From Atractiella rhizophila (taxonomy: Eukaryota): DNA of 64,000 nucleotides. Below are positions 1-13,707 of this stretch, piece after piece. A program made the translations under genes and the position numbers. The notes below the pieces were generated by a model that saw only the letters and a program-made list of their open reading frames with translations, searched no databases and was not told the DNA's origin. The stretch covers positions 1-64,000 of the forward strand of contig MU271433.1 of the NCBI GenBank assembly GCA_021432655.1. The letters run 5' to 3'. Numbering within the stretch: position 1 is the stretch's first letter; each line of letters begins with the position of its first letter.

Positions 1-188
1 TGCGTGATTCCTGTTCCTTCGTTGAGGAGAGGAAGAAGAGAAAGCGGGTTTCCAGAAGTGTCGTGGAAAGTCTGGACGAAGACAATGTTCCGTTTGACCG
101 TGGTATCGACCCGCTTCAGCAGCTCAACGCTTGCAGGAACAGCAGCTGCCAGAGTGGCAAGCGACAGGAAAGAAGATAGGAACCTCAT
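1..188 (-). CDS. Secreted GH18 endo-beta-N-acetylglucosaminidase/chitinase-like protein, N-terminal part (runs off the window start)
   Basis: Manual minus-strand translation from ATG 188: MRFLSSFLSLATLAAAVPASVELLKRVDTTVKRNIVFVQTFHDTSGNPLSLLPLLNEGTGIT. It has a signal peptide and KR site, and the VFVQTFHD...LSLLPLL motif resembles the N-terminus of fungal GH18 ENGases (EndoT type). The catalytic motif lies outside the window. Confidence 0.7.
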   Translation of the reverse strand, partial: MRFLSSFLSLATLAAAVPASVELLKRVDTTVKRNIVFVQTFHDTSGNPLSLLPLLNEGTGIT

Positions 189-1341
189 GGTGAAAAGAGG
201 AAATTTCCAGGGCTCTCAAGAGGAGCTTAGCCGTTAAGAGAAAGGCTCGAGCTCTTGGAGAAAGAGCGAAAGGCGGGAAGGAGCATTAGCGTCGTTTTAT
301 AATGGTCCCAGCCCGCCCACTAGAACAACGACAATAACAAATACTAAGTTCCTCCACGAGCACGCTAGAGGGAGGGAAACTATTCGGTGCATTACCTTGT
401 GGGATGAGGAGCTGATTGCAATCGATTGCACCGTGGAGTCAGCGGGACACCACTCTATCACACACCTATCAACCCACGTCTTCCCACGCGACCTGAAGGA
501 ATCACCGGGTGCTTGGAAATTGCTGATGAATGTGACCGATCGTAAAGAATGATCTTTAGACCAAGGCAATTCAGGAGGAGAAAGGAAAGATGACATGCTG
601 AGAACAGGTGGACATTCTCCTTGGACCTTGGACCTCTTTGTCCTCGCACACAGCCCTTCACTGACTTCTACCCCGCGAGCGAATCGGTAACCGCTTTTGC
701 ATTACTATAAGGCAGCAATTTTGCATCAAACATAGCAGGAGCTGAACCCAAAAGTCTGCCTCTTGGCTGGCTGCAGCTAGTCTGCTGCTGGAGAACAAGG
801 CGAAGGCCCGAATCTGGGGAAACAAACAAAGAGGATAAAGTTCTTTAAGCCCCTCGGTCTATGTCCAAGGGGCCAATCATGGAAGCGACAACAGGATGAA
901 ATGAGTGGAAGCCATTAGCTCATGGCCTTGGTGAAAACGTTCATTCTTTGAGGCAGTATTTTACACAGTTTCGTCATAAATGGGAAAGGGGCTTCCTGAT
1001 CCTTCTACTCCAAATACTGTGCTCCTTGGCCTATTCGTTTGATTCTTCTAACTCGTAGTTAATTCCATTGCAGACGAAACACTGCTATCGCTGGTTATCG
1101 TGGTTTCAACTCTCTTCTCTACTTGTGGCTACCTCACCCTGTTTCTCTCGTGAGATCTAGTTCTACATCCCACTTAATGAATCATTGGAGATATTAAAGC
1201 TGCACGATACTAAGCTGGACGATACTCAAGACTTGTTCATCCTGATTCACTTCCTGCTTCATACGACGATAGCACAAATTCCAAATTGCAGCGATAAAAG
1301 TACAATGTAAATAATGTCTCGATAATCAGCTCGATAATACA

Positions 1342-2972
1342 TTAAGAAACAAAGTTGTACTCTCCCTCATCCTTCCTTTTCCCTTCCTCTTCAACACCAG
1401 AATCCCCTTTTGACAACTCCTCTTCCTTTTCTGACTCGACGGTGGCAACGTCCTCCGCCTCCATGACCACTCCGGCGCTCATTTTCTCGTCCAACGCCAA
1501 ATCTTCAGTTTCTGCAGTGGAAGAGACATCGTCATCCTGTCCTTGTTCTCTCTGTCCCATATCGTTGATCTTAAGATCTTGTTCGCCTTCTGGAAAGGGA
1601 ACCTCATAGCCTTCTACCTCACAACTTGCAGTAGGTTGTCTCGTCGACTCATCGTCTTCCTCTGCGGATTCGTCAGGAGTACGCTTGCTTTCGACGAAGT
1701 CGATGGGGATAATGATGGTTTTATTCTTGCTCGGCTCTGGCTCTGTGTCCACCACTGTTTGTGTACCATCAGAATTTGGACAAGTGCAACTATAGTGGAA
1801 AACTCACCTTCCACAGCAGACGTTACGGCAACACTCTCAACGACTTCCTTCTCTACAGGCTTCTGGCCATTCTCTGACTTTTCTTCGGCGGAGGAAGGCT
1901 CGACAGTAGCAGCAGCAGCCTCAGGATCTCGAGTTTCTTCTGTGCGGTCTGGTTTAGCGGCTTTCCATAGAAGAGCAAACATGTACGGACCATCACGCTT
2001 ATGCCTCGTTTCCCATTCTGCTTTCACCTTCTGCTCCAATTCTTCCAATGCTTCTTCCGCTCTCAGCACCAATCTTTTCCTCTCCTTCCTCACTTCCTCC
2101 TTTCCCTCACTGTCGATTCCATCTAACTCCAGCAAAAGCTTCTCAAGCTGTTCCTTCTGGGTCAAATGGGCCACGTTGGACTGGTGGAATCCTATCGTGG
2201 GAGAAGTGAGGTGCAGAGTTGACGCGGGAGGCAAAACGGTTGAGGCCAGAGTTGTCAACTTGCTCGCAATCTTGCCCAAGTGAACAGAAGTCGCAGTCGG
2301 GACGAGGTCTGGAATAGGAGAGTGTGGTGGGGAAGGGACTTCGGACGTTTGTGTAGGTACCTTCTGTGCTTGCTTTTCGACAAAGACCGCTGCCGGTTGG
2401 GGCTTCGTCTTCTTTGACGTTGGAACAGACTTCGATTGTTGTGGCGCTGCTGGTGATGGAGCGTCAAAAGATGGACCGAAACAGAGCAGCTTGAAAATGC
2501 CCTCGATGCCATCCTCCCTTTGGTTTCTACGAGCTTCGGCTTCTTCCTCCCTCTCGATCCTCCTCTTCTCTTGCGCCAATAACCTCAAAGCCTCATCCTC
2601 AAATCTTGCCCGCTTTCGCCTTTTTTCTTGTTCAATATATCGCCTCCTTGCCTCCCTCGCCGCCTCTATTTCTCGCTGTTGCATCTCCGCAATCCACTTC
2701 CTCTTCGCCTCTTCCTGCTCCCGACGCCTCATCTCTGATATCCATAGACGCTTCATCTCCTCCTCCGCTTCCAACTCTCGCCGACGCCTCAATTCCTCTT
2801 GTTCGCGTTGATATCGCACTTGCTGTTCGCGTATTAATCGCTCAATTTCTTGGGACCTTCGGAAAGAGTCGAAGTCCTGATAAGAATACTGTTTGCTCGA
2901 AGGACGAGAGTATCCAAAATCTAGTGGCGAAGGCTCAGGTTGAGAGAAATATGTCGACGGGAATCGAAACAT
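1342..2972 (-). CDS. BAG-domain co-chaperone with N-terminal charged coiled coil and acidic tail
   Basis: ORF 1614..2972 contains EQLEKLLLELDGIDSEGKEEVRKERKRLV (BAG signature). It joins ORF 1342..1755 through a GTGAGT...CAG intron at ~1808-1757. Confidence 0.8.
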
Positions 2973-3553
2973 GGCTATGGGATAGATTGTTGCGTGGGTT
3001 TGTTATCGGATTGGTTGCTGAGTTGGTTGGATGAGGGGTAGGATGGCAGCTTGGACCGTCTTATATACCTCATAATGACGCTGACGAGTCTCGAAGCTGA
3101 CTGACGAGGCTTGCGAGGCGAGAGAAGCTGCTGGAATGTGCGAGAACATGACCATGACTCAGGAGAAGTTCGGCGATTGGTAACGCCGCTCGCGCCATCC
3201 TGCCTACTCTGCAATCTGACCGAATTCGACATAGCTCGAACTGGTCGGTGCAACAGTTCAACTTCAACAGACCCTTTGCGTCTACAGTTCGCTCTTCGCA
3301 TCAAATTCTAAATTCACTGGTAAAGCCTGCTAACACTACAGACATTTGAAAGTGTTAGGTAACCCCTGAATTATAGCTCTCCGCAGTTCTACTCTCATTT
3401 CCAGCTCGTGCACGCTGTTATTAAGTCTAACACGTTGCGGTAATACAACGAAAGAGATCGTTAGGAGCAGCTCTTTGACAATTGTGCTATCTCATCATAA
3501 AAGTGCTTCAAAGAGGTTTTACAATTGCTCCTCCATGTCGGGTGAGAAATATG

Positions 3554-5030
3554 TCAAGCAGACATAAGTAGCAAAGATTTGAAGTCAAAGGGAGACGGTC
3601 GTAGTTCATCTGCATTTGCCTTCACGAGCATAGCATCTTTTCTGCATTGTGGAGAACATCTTCATCAGACAGGGGATGAATTTTGGCGCAGCTAAGAAAA
3701 GGAGAAAGAAATATACCACAAAGCGATCTGATCGCTCACCTTCTCCTTGGGCTTCTCTCCCTCTCCTTCTCTCTTCGCCGCTCTCTATCTCTGTCCCTAT
3801 CTCTGTAGCTATCCCTATCCCTATCCCTCTCTCTGGCCCTATCCTTTTCCCGATCTTTTTCTTTTTCCTTCCATCGACTAGGTTGATCCCATCTCAACTT
3901 TTTCTTATCCTTTCCATCATCATCGCGGTCATCTCCATCTCTTGTCGAAGAAGTCACAAAACGGATCCCTGCGCCCTTCTCACGGTCGCGCTTTTTCTCC
4001 CTCTCCCTCTCTTCCTCCCGTTCTTTCTGCATTTCGCCTACACACATCGACACACGTGCCAAGAATTAGCACGACAAACGTAGTGTTCAAAGGAAGAAGG
4101 GTAAAAAGCTTACCGAGTCGCACGGAATCGCATCCGGACCTCTTAAACCCCTCCGCATCCCATACCTCCTTCCGAAAGCCGGTGCCAGTTTCGTCAATAT
4201 CAAGCAGTTGGACGAGCTTGGGATAAATGTTCGGATTTCGGAAGGCTTTGTTGCGCAATAAAGAGTCGTTGAAATACGTCCCTTGCGCGCGAAGGGAGTG
4301 GAAGTTCGCGAGCTTTCCTTCGAGCTCGAGAGACCAGCCAGAGGTGGGAGTGGGTGAGATCCCGTAGGTAGCAAGGGTATTCGTAACGGTTGGGATCGGG
4401 GAATCGAAAGGGAGAGCGGCAGGATGGGTGCCCGGCGAGATATCCATGTCTTCCGAAGCGTCATTTTTCGAAGGCGGAGGCGACCTCTCTGCTGAAGTTT
4501 AGTATACAGCAAATTTCGATAAAGTGGGACACAAACCTCTCGGTCCACTCTGGGATGTGAATACGAACATGCAATTCCAGAAAGAGGGTTGCGACACCGA
4601 ACACGGAAAGTGCAAGTTGAAAATCCAAGGCATCCAAAGTCATGGGCCAATTGCGGTTATCAGTCGATAGAGTCGAATGGAGAGTAGCGGCACGAAACCC
4701 ATTCCTGATTTTCCCTTCTATTCCATTGATAAAGAGAACGCACATCATGGCGTTCCTTCCGCTCTAAACTCAACCTCCTAAATTTTCCTTCCTCATCCTC
4801 CTCAACTTCTTTCGCATTTCTAGCACGCTTGGATTTGGTGGTCACTCCAAACTTCTCCCGCTCCTTCCCTAATGATCTTTGGGACTGGGGAGGGTTACGA
4901 GGAGGTGGACAGGTGCTCGTAGAAGTCGATTGTTCCGCTTCTTCGTCTGAGTATGCGTAGGAGGAGACTAAACCTGTGTTTGTACGATGATCAGCAGCAA
5001 ATTGCAACATTGGAATGGCTCACTTTGCAT
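3554..5030 (-). CDS. HCNGP / SAP30-binding-protein-like protein with RD/RE-rich tail
   Basis: ATG 5030 (MQ/SLVSSYAYSDEE after an intron). Conserved block KLANFHSLRAQGTYFNDSLLRNKAFRNPNIYPKLVQLLDIDETGT. The stop is at 3736, or at 3554 if the terminal intron is spliced. Confidence 0.8.
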
Positions 5031-6211
5031 AATATTTTCTAATTTCCAAGCTTAAGATTTTGACCCAAACAATGCTAGAAATCGTTGATCGTCTCTTTGG
5101 CACAGTCGAGGTTGTTTTGGTTGGTTTGGTTGGTTGAGTGAGCGGAACCGCAAACGAGACCATCCTTTCCAAAGTTTCAACCAGTTTCGACGAAGATTCT
5201 CAACAGAAGTCTCAAAAGTACACTTCTACCTGGCTCCTTTCTTCGTCTGACCGCATTGCTCAGCTTTTCTCCATCATCTTAAATATCGACTCATCATCTC
5301 AAAATCACAATTCGCGTTGGGCAAAATCTTGTCGCAAAAGGAAGCATTCGTTCCACTTCCTGTTCATCGAACAAGACCGTCAAAACGTCTTTCATTGCTT
5401 TCAAAACCGCTCTCAAACGATCAGGCTCAATTAGAGGTGGAAGCTGAATATTTCATCGCAAGATGGGAGGTGACAATCATGACGAGAACCATACAGGGAA
5501 TCAAGGCAACTCCAGCAAAGGTGAGGCTTCCCTTATCTTTGCTTTCTTCCAGGATGATATGGGGACCGTGGGAACTTTCGGAGGATGCTTACTATGTCCG
5601 GAGATGGTTTTCTCAACGATAACGGAATCTTGATCCCAATATCCCTCTCTGTTTGTTCTTTCGGTTTGCATGTTGAAGTTGTGATTGCCCCACACTTTCA
5701 CTTCTATCTCTCCCAATCACCAAATCTAGCAGATGTCGTGACCAACGTCCTTAACATCACTAGGTGCGGGTTCGGGTGAGAAGAAAGAAGTTGTGATCGG
5801 GCGTCCGGCATCCCTTTCAAAAGCGCTCATCACGTGTCCTTACGAGCCTCTTAGAAGAGTCTTTGGATCACAATTTCTGGACCGTTTTATCGAGATTTGA
5901 TTGATCGATTGGTTTTTGACATCGATCCAATTAAGAGTTGGGATGACCATTAAAGTTCAGCGGTCAACAGCGAGTCAGATGACACGCTCTTTTGAGACTC
6001 CGACTGATAAATACGCGAACCTCGTAATCCCCGAGCTAAGGAGACCCCTGTTCCAGCCACCAACGCATCAAACCGAATTTTGCAGCCCCTGCATTCATCC
6101 GTTGCATTAGTCTTATTTTATCCCTTATCCTTCAGCAGACCTCAAATTCCAAGTACCTCAGCACCCCTATTAGACGTTATAACATTGATTTTGCCACCAA
6201 GAGGAGGAGGA

Positions 6212-8811
6212 ATGGTTGCTCTGAACGACAAGATGGCGTCGGAGCTTGGAGATGATGACTTTATGTCTTTGCCACCTGATTGCGACCTTGATAAACTCGG
6301 GTCTCTCTTTTCTACGGAATTCCCTTCTTTCCAAATGGATCCTTCGTCCAAGGGACATCGAAGGAAACATTCCAACAACTATAAGAACTTGAGTTATTCT
6401 GCCACTGGCCTTCGTGAGTGCTGCTCTTATTCTTAGCATGGGGTCATCGTGTTCTTTTTCTGTTTCCTGTTGCTTTCGCAGCGAAGACAGTCACTGATTC
6501 CAACGTCTGTTTGGTTTTCTGTGGAATAGCCAAAGATCTCTCCCACGTACCATGCAAATTTTTCAAAGTCGGGGCATGTGCTGCTGGCGCCTCCTGTCCA
6601 TTCTCGCACAATTTGCCAGAGCCCGGACAAGGGAAGTCCGTTTGTCAATGGTTTGTGAAGGGAAATTGCAAGTTTGGACACAAGGTATGTCACAGCCTAT
6701 CCAACTCTTTGATCTGTGCTGATGGTATTGCATTGCAGTGCGCATTGGCGCACATCTTGCCCGGGCAAGCGATGTCGATGGACCGACGAAATAAGAGGGC
6801 CGCGCAAGCTGCAGCAAGGGAGGCTGCAGCAGCTGCTGCCTCAGTAAATGGAGAAGCGCCACCTTCGAATACAAGTTCTACAGCCCCACCCACCAACAAG
6901 TCATCCAAATCGACTCACGGACGTTCACACTCCGCGCTCCCTGCTCCTATTGGTATCTCCACGACTGGAATATCGGTGTCATCACCCGGCCCTCAAGTAT
7001 CTCCTACGACGACCCGACTTTCCTCTGCCCTCTCATCTATGCTCGAGAAACCTTCATCGAGCTCCATGTCCAATATCCCAGTCGTTTCAACGACTGCAAC
7101 GACATCGATCACTCCCGTTATGTCCAATGGGACATTTGGGGAGGATGGTATAGGAATTGTCAATGCAGGCACTGGCGGAGCGTCAGCCGTGGCGACGATG
7201 CAGAATCTGTTGGGAATGACAGCGGGAGGCACGATACGCGGTCGACCAGCAGGGCTAAGAGCTGACGGTGGAGGGATTACTCACGGCATGAACATTCGTC
7301 GGGATCCTTCTCCGTTCCACAATCACAATGCCGATTCGACGCCTATTTCCATGTCTCCCCACGATCCTCCAATGTTTACCAACCAGGGATATGGTGCTGA
7401 CTCCTCGGATTTCTATGAGCAACAAGCGAGGAGGCAGAGCTTCTCGAGCAATGGACGCTCCGTTTCTCCGGCAGCAAGGATTGAGAGCCTAAAGAGCGGA
7501 TATCAGGTTCCCGTCGGTGCTCAGATGTACAACTCCAACGGACTCTCCATCAGCCCACCTAATCCCACCCCCATCAATCTCGGTTCTCAAGCCCCTATGT
7601 CCTCAAATATCTTCAGTACCTCCCCCTTCTCTGCACCAGGCCAGAAGAGCCTTTTCTTTTCTCAATCCTATGAAGGACATGACGAATCGAGGTTTGCCGG
7701 TCGATCGCTGCCAGTTCTCGACGAGATCCACCAACGACAACAGATCAAGACCGGAATGCTACGAAGCCCGTTCGACAGCGACGATGACGAGGATCTCGAG
7801 TTCGTTCCTAGTTCCCTATCCGAACTGTTAACCGTGGAGGAGATGCATCGCCGAACCGCGAGACAGAGTTTTGGACAGCAAAGCGGGCTGCTACGAAGAC
7901 CGAATGGCACAGGAATGAATGGTGGCGGGCAAAGTTCTGCAGGTGGCGCAGGAAGCTTCGATCCCTTTGATCAACCCCTTAGTCGTTCAGTTCCTCTGGA
8001 CTCGATGCTGTTCAACAGGCAGGTGGGATCCGGAAGTAATGGGATGACTGGTATGATCGGATTGGGGGATGACATGGGTCGTACGAGTACGAACCCAAAT
8101 GTCGTTGGCAGTCAACGGCCTTCTCTTCTTCAGCAAACCTCCAATCCCACCTATACACCTTCCCATCTAACCCTGCAACAACAGCTCCTCCGCGGCATGG
8201 CCCCTAGTGGAGGAGTGAACGGGAACACCAACTACGGGGTCAACGACTACAGATCATACATGGACTCACGCCACGAAGTCGACGAGCTCTCGCTTGCCAA
8301 CATTATCTCTCCTGGCCGAGCGCGAACGCTGCGAGATCACGCTCCTGGCTCTTCCCTTCCTCAAGGATTAGCTGCTGGTCTGTCGAGATTACATCTTACT
8401 CCCGCTCAGCACACTGGAGAGACGCCACCGTCTTCTTTCTCACAAAGCGGCTACGTTCACCCAGTGCTTTCTCCAACTAGCCCGACCTCGCTGGATCCCA
8501 ATAACCCACGGACATCGAATTTTAGCCCTCAATCATGGGGCAGCGATCCTCCTTCTCCCCACGGTTTCAATGCCATCGGTGGTGGTGCGAATCCACCTGG
8601 CCTTAAGCTTCCATCCTCCTATTCCCGTAGAATGGGCGGAGGGGGCTATCAGTTTACCTCGCCGCTCTCAAAACCAGGGAAAAATTATGAGGATTCGAAA
8701 GACTCGTTGGGACCTAGTAGCCTGGTCTCGCCTTCTCAAGCTGGTTTATCGAGTCCTAAACACTCATTATTCGATGATGGGATCTTTGATATGGACGGGA
8801 TCAACGCGTGA
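6212..8811 (+). CDS. Tandem CCCH zinc-finger protein (Lee1/Cps3-like) with long disordered C-terminus
   Basis: VPCKFFKVGACAAGASCPFSH and CQWFVKGNCKFGHK|CALAH (54-nt in-frame intron), plus EFVPSSLSELLT. The first exon is in ORF 6080..6436 with a GTGAGT donor at ~6414. The start codon is uncertain. Confidence 0.8.
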
Positions 8812-9452
8812 AGATAGAAAAGGCGACGTGACGTCTCTAGTTATTCTGCTTCATTTGAATAATCTATTTCATTCTTGAGGATGGAGAGAGATGGAGAAGC
8901 TTGGAGGGTATGAAGGCCATGTCGCATTTTTCATGAGTCTCCGTTATCGTTCTACCACTCGCATGCCACGATAAAACGTAAGGACACAAGTGATCAAAAG
9001 TCTGTTTCAAGCAGTGATGTTATTGTATCTTTGTATACCCTCCTCCTTGTACTTTTCTCTTCATCTTTCTTAGTATCCTACAATTTTTCCTTTTTCTCCT
9101 TAAACAAGTCAGTTTCATTGGTGATGTTGATTGGAGTACCTATAAAATGCAGACGACAACCTGTTGACTGGACCTCAGTGTACAATAAAATTCCTATTCT
9201 TCCATTCCTATGTTTCAAGAGAGACAAGTTACTGTTTTCGGTATCCTTCTCTTCTTGGTAATATTCAAAGGGACATTAGAAAACGCATGAGGTGGTTCTG
9301 CATAGATTGGTCTAAGAGACGAAGGCGAAGAAATGTACGGACGTATGCGAGTCTGCAATCACTAATAAAAGCTGAAATGAACGAGGAAAAACGAAAGGTT
9401 ACGAAGGAATGAAACGAAGATAGGGAGAGCAAAAGCCTTTCCTCCTCAATCA

Positions 9453-12092
9453 TCAGTCGAGCCTTGACCACCCACTCTCCCTCTCAGCCCTCATCCTCTC
9501 CCTCTCCCTGTCACGATCTCCAAACTCGTCGTCCGTAAAATCCATCGAGGGTGACGGCCTCAAACGTCTATCATCATCATCATCCTCTTCTTCAACAACG
9601 TCTTCTTTCCCAGTTCGATTCTTAGGTCCCATTAGGCTCTGCTTTTCAGTCCTCCCTCCAGGCATTACGCCTAACTTCTGACCAGCCTTCGAAAGCCATT
9701 CTGGTTGTCCTCTCACTTCTAACTTAGTTGTGAACTCCTTTACGGACTCTCGAAACTGCTTGCGCTCGCCGGAAGTTGGAGGATTTGAATCAGGGACCTT
9801 GGACGTGGAGGGTGCGGTGGGAGATTGGAAGGTCGACTGTGAGCGAGAATGCAACGGCTTCGATGCTGGAGGAGGCGGTGCACGAGCGCTCTTTACTGTT
9901 GTCGTGGTGAAAGACAATGGGTGAGGCACGCTGGCTTCATCCAGCGGTGCTACGGCGGGAGGAGCACCGTACAGGGAATCTGGTCGTCTCTTCGGTGGGG
10001 GAGGGGGTAGAGCACCACGCCCTGCTCCAGTTGTCTTAGATCTCGCTAACCCAACACTCGTCGCCGTCGACCCAACGAAAACAGCGGAGTGAGGCAACGG
10101 TTCAGTAAGAGGATCAACGGGAGAATCGCTGCGGGAGTTGGAGCGCGAGACATCTGCACTTCTTCTCATGGGAGGAACAGGAGGAACACCACGTTTCGAC
10201 GCTTCTGGTTTGATGGGGAATGCGGGAGCTGGAGCAGCGTAAATGTACGGCTGTGTGTGTGGGCCTTGTTTCTGTTTCGAAGATGCAGATGTGGAGGAAT
10301 CGCTCCGTGCACGATTGGAGATGTTCGAGTCATCAGCGCTCAAGCCGTGAGAGGGCAAAGGTGGAGTGGGTCGGAGATTGGTTTGCATTCCGAGATGAGA
10401 AGACGAGAGAAGGGTCGGTTTTGAGGGCTTTCGTTTGATGAGAGGTGGTGCAGAGGTGGTTGACAGGGCGGTGGCGGTGGTAGATGATATCTTTCGCGAT
10501 TGATCGTGTGCATGCGAGGGTGCAGAAGCCGTCGGTTTACGTTTTGGAGGACTCGGAGGGGGAGACAGCGGCCGTCGTGACGGCTCGTCAGTTGTAGTGC
10601 GTCTCTTCGGCTGCCTGGGGTCTTTGTCATCCTCTTTGCTCTTTTCTGCTTTCGGTCTAGGAGGAAGTGGTGGACTCTTCGGATTGTAAGTGGCGAGGTT
10701 CGAGTTAGAGCTTGACGCCCAAGCATTCTTGAATGGATTATTGTCTTTGAGATTGCTTGTTCCTTCCAGACGGGGCGGAGGAGACATAGCCCTGGGGAGA
10801 GGTTGCGGTCGATGTTTTGCGTGGGACAGTGAGGTGGAGCGGTCGAGATTAGGCGATCGAATGAAGGGACTGTCGTCTCTCGGAGCCCCAGCACGGGCGA
10901 GGAAAGGGTTTCTCGAGGCGACGGAAGGCTGGGGATCCTTTTCTTCCGGCAGGGTTGGTGAAACAGCGGAGCGGGTCTCTTCTCTCCACTTCCTTACACT
11001 GTCACTTTCCACAGTCTTCTGGGTGGACGGGGTCCGCAATTTCTCCTTCTCGAAAGGATTACTCTTTGTGCTCTTCCCACTCCCTCTACGAGAGGATAGG
11101 GGACCTGCCGTCGGCTTGAACTCGGCGGGTTCGGTTTGGATGAAGACATGATCTTTGCAGAGGACAGAACAAGAGGAAGAGTGTGCGATGAGTCGAAGCA
11201 GCGCGAGGAAGGACGAGATGGACGGTGGGACGAATGGAGGGACGAAGAAGGCAAGAATCTGTTTGACCACAGTTAGATTATACGAAACGGAGACCTTGGG
11301 GTTTGAAGCTGCGGAGCTAGAATATTACTAGGCAAGTGAAAGTTGTGTAGCAGCGTTTATTTGAAAGGGCATAATACCATAGAGAGAGAAAGCAATGATG
11401 GCTGCCTGAAATTAACGCAAGCGTGGGGCAAAGGGCGTGTGATTGCAACCGTTTTGCATCCAAGGAAGAATAAATCTCAATCACTCAAAATGACAATAGA
11501 GATCGGGAATACGCATTTGACAAGACGCATCGCATCGATTTCATGCCTTTGGACATAATCTATGTACTTTATCAAATGTCTGATAGTCACCTATGGATTC
11601 TTGGATAAATACACGAATGTGAAAAACCCGAGAATTGATAATCTTACACATGAATCTCTCAACAGCCTATAGGTGTGGCTTAATCTAGCCTTCTGCAAGA
11701 CGATTTTGGTGATTGATGAACCAAAAGGAGAAAGAAGACATCTTTATTAGCCTGCAGCAAGGTGACGTAGGAGCCCACAATACTATCACAACTCAAGAAC
11801 AAGGGAGGGCTACAGGAAGCAACTGCTGTAAAACTGATGAGAATATCTCTTTATGGAACAGAAATCACAGCTATCCAACAGGTTTCCAAAACGCAGAACG
11901 TACCTCATTCTCTCTCTTCTGATCCACAATGACTCTCCTTGACACCCATTCCATCACCTGTGCCCACTCCAATCCTCCAGTCGCATCCACATCGTGCAAT
12001 ATATCCGTCTCAGCATCTCTGATCAAATTTTCGTAAGCGTCGAATTCGCGAGGAGAGAGTGCGCTGATGGAGAGCGACACTGGTCGTGCCAT
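9453..12092 (-). CDS. Proline/serine-rich putative endocytic adaptor with three NPF motifs and a small N-terminal helical (EH-like?) domain
   Basis: Exon MARPVSL...RENE (12092-11904) splices in phase 0 via intron 11903-11259 to ILAFFVPP of ORF 9453..11270. Motifs SNPF, RNPF, NNPF and multiple PxxP/PPPPP tracts. Confidence 0.65.
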
Positions 12093-13671
12093 CCCGTTAT
12101 CAGTCCTTGTTATTTTGCGCTTGAATTTCAAGATGGCGAGTTCGACGGTTCAGCCCTTCCCTGCAAGTAGGGGATAGTCAGCCTATATAGCCTATTGTTG
12201 CAGGAGTTGTTGAGATGCTGAGATGCTAAGCAGGGAAGCAGCCAAGACTTCGGTAGTTTCAGCTGCCGACGGACGTCACGGGTCAGCGTGTTTACGTCCA
12301 ACAACATCCACCAACGAACAGCTATCTGCACTACCCGACAATATCTGAAGATCTGATTTATGGATGGACATGGCATTTGGGAATAGAGATGGGATAATTT
12401 CCAAGTGACAGGCGTGGGGGAAATTACACAACATCAAGGATTTTCTCTGAATCTCCAAGTTTGTTATTATCGGTTTCTCTGAACCTAGTATGGATAAGGT
12501 GAGAGAGCATGTTGTGTTCCTACATATGCGATTTTGACTCTGCATAATCAATGTCACCCATCCCATCTTCATTCCTTAGCAATACTGATGTGGCTGAGTC
12601 ATGAGAGAGATTGACCTTTTTTCCATTACCTGAAATCGAGATGCCATTTGCTTGAATTGGTCTGGCTTCGACGCTAATGTACAATGGGATGGAGGCTGCT
12701 GAAATCGTTGTTGGAGTGTTCATGTGAGCGTTGCTGAAGGGATGAAACATTCACCTGTTCCACACAGGCCAACCCACAAATCCTCCAGACTGCCTCCAAC
12801 GTGTGGCTGCCATTTCATGGACATAATTTATGTCATTGGGCTCGAGATATTCACATTTAGTTCGCCACTTGGGCTAGAAACAACCCAGCTTGCAGAGTTC
12901 CTTTGTTGACACGCATGCGACTCAATTATCTTTTGCCTGTGCGGGAAGCGCGGTGCTGCACAAGCGTTCTAGACATAATTATAATGCACTTCTTATGTCA
13001 TCTACTATCAGCAGGCGAGGGATAGGAGCTATACCGCAGATTCTTCTTGGTCTTCACAATGACGTGTTGTCGGCACCAATGGCGTACATTGCGTTGCGAA
13101 AGAGCTACGATGATGTTGAAATATACGATGACCTGTCTGTGTCTTGCCCTCCACTCCATGACTGGGAGCTTCATCTCTGCTCGTTCCCCTGCTTTAAATA
13201 ATGGTTTAGGCCGAAACTTGACCCGAAGGGCAAGCGCCATAGCATGTTATGCTCCATATTGATGCTGGCGTTTTTCATCCTCTTTGTCCGGGTTCTCGAA
13301 TAAAGACCAGACACCTCGAAATTATATCAGCCTGCCTTGGATATGGATGGAAATCCCATGGACACGTCTGGTATGATATTCAACTGGTCAATCTGCAAAA
13401 ACCTTGCAAGCGGCCCTTCGCTGCTTAAAAAGCGGTCCGGTATTGCCGTTTCACCAGGCTCAGAGAGACTGCAAGCGTTCGAATGTTCCATCGTTCACGC
13501 CTTTTCTTTCCAGATGCATCGTGTATGTATCTGAGCCACAATCGATCACAACCTGCGCCGGTCCGATCTTCCTGGATACCTCCTGATCCGTTTCCGTTAG
13601 ACACATAAGAGTCCCTTGCCACTTCTTTGACGCCCCTTCCGATTCAACTACTGGCGAGGAGATCAGATATA

Positions 13672-13707
13672 GGGGGAAATGCAGGGGAAATGCAGGGGAA
13701 ATGCAGG
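13672..13707. repeat. Short tandem repeat (GGGGAAATGCA) x3
   Basis: Seen directly: ggggaaatgca ggggaaatgca ggggaaatgca gg. Confidence 0.85.

Noticed and set aside
1355..3311. Long plus-strand ORFs (e.g. 1543..2283) opposite the BAG gene
   Set aside because: Antisense shadows of a low-complexity E/R-rich coding strand; no motifs.
3770..3860. Repetitive CCCTAT/CTCT tract
   Set aside because: Explained by RD/RE dipeptide coding in the HCNGP-like tail; not a CRISPR array or separate repeat.
4490..4743. Apparent 250-nt intron in the HCNGP-like gene as a snoRNA host
   Set aside because: The phase is resolved by a 13-nt internal exon (AGTGGACCGAGAG), and I saw no convincing C/D or H/ACA boxes.
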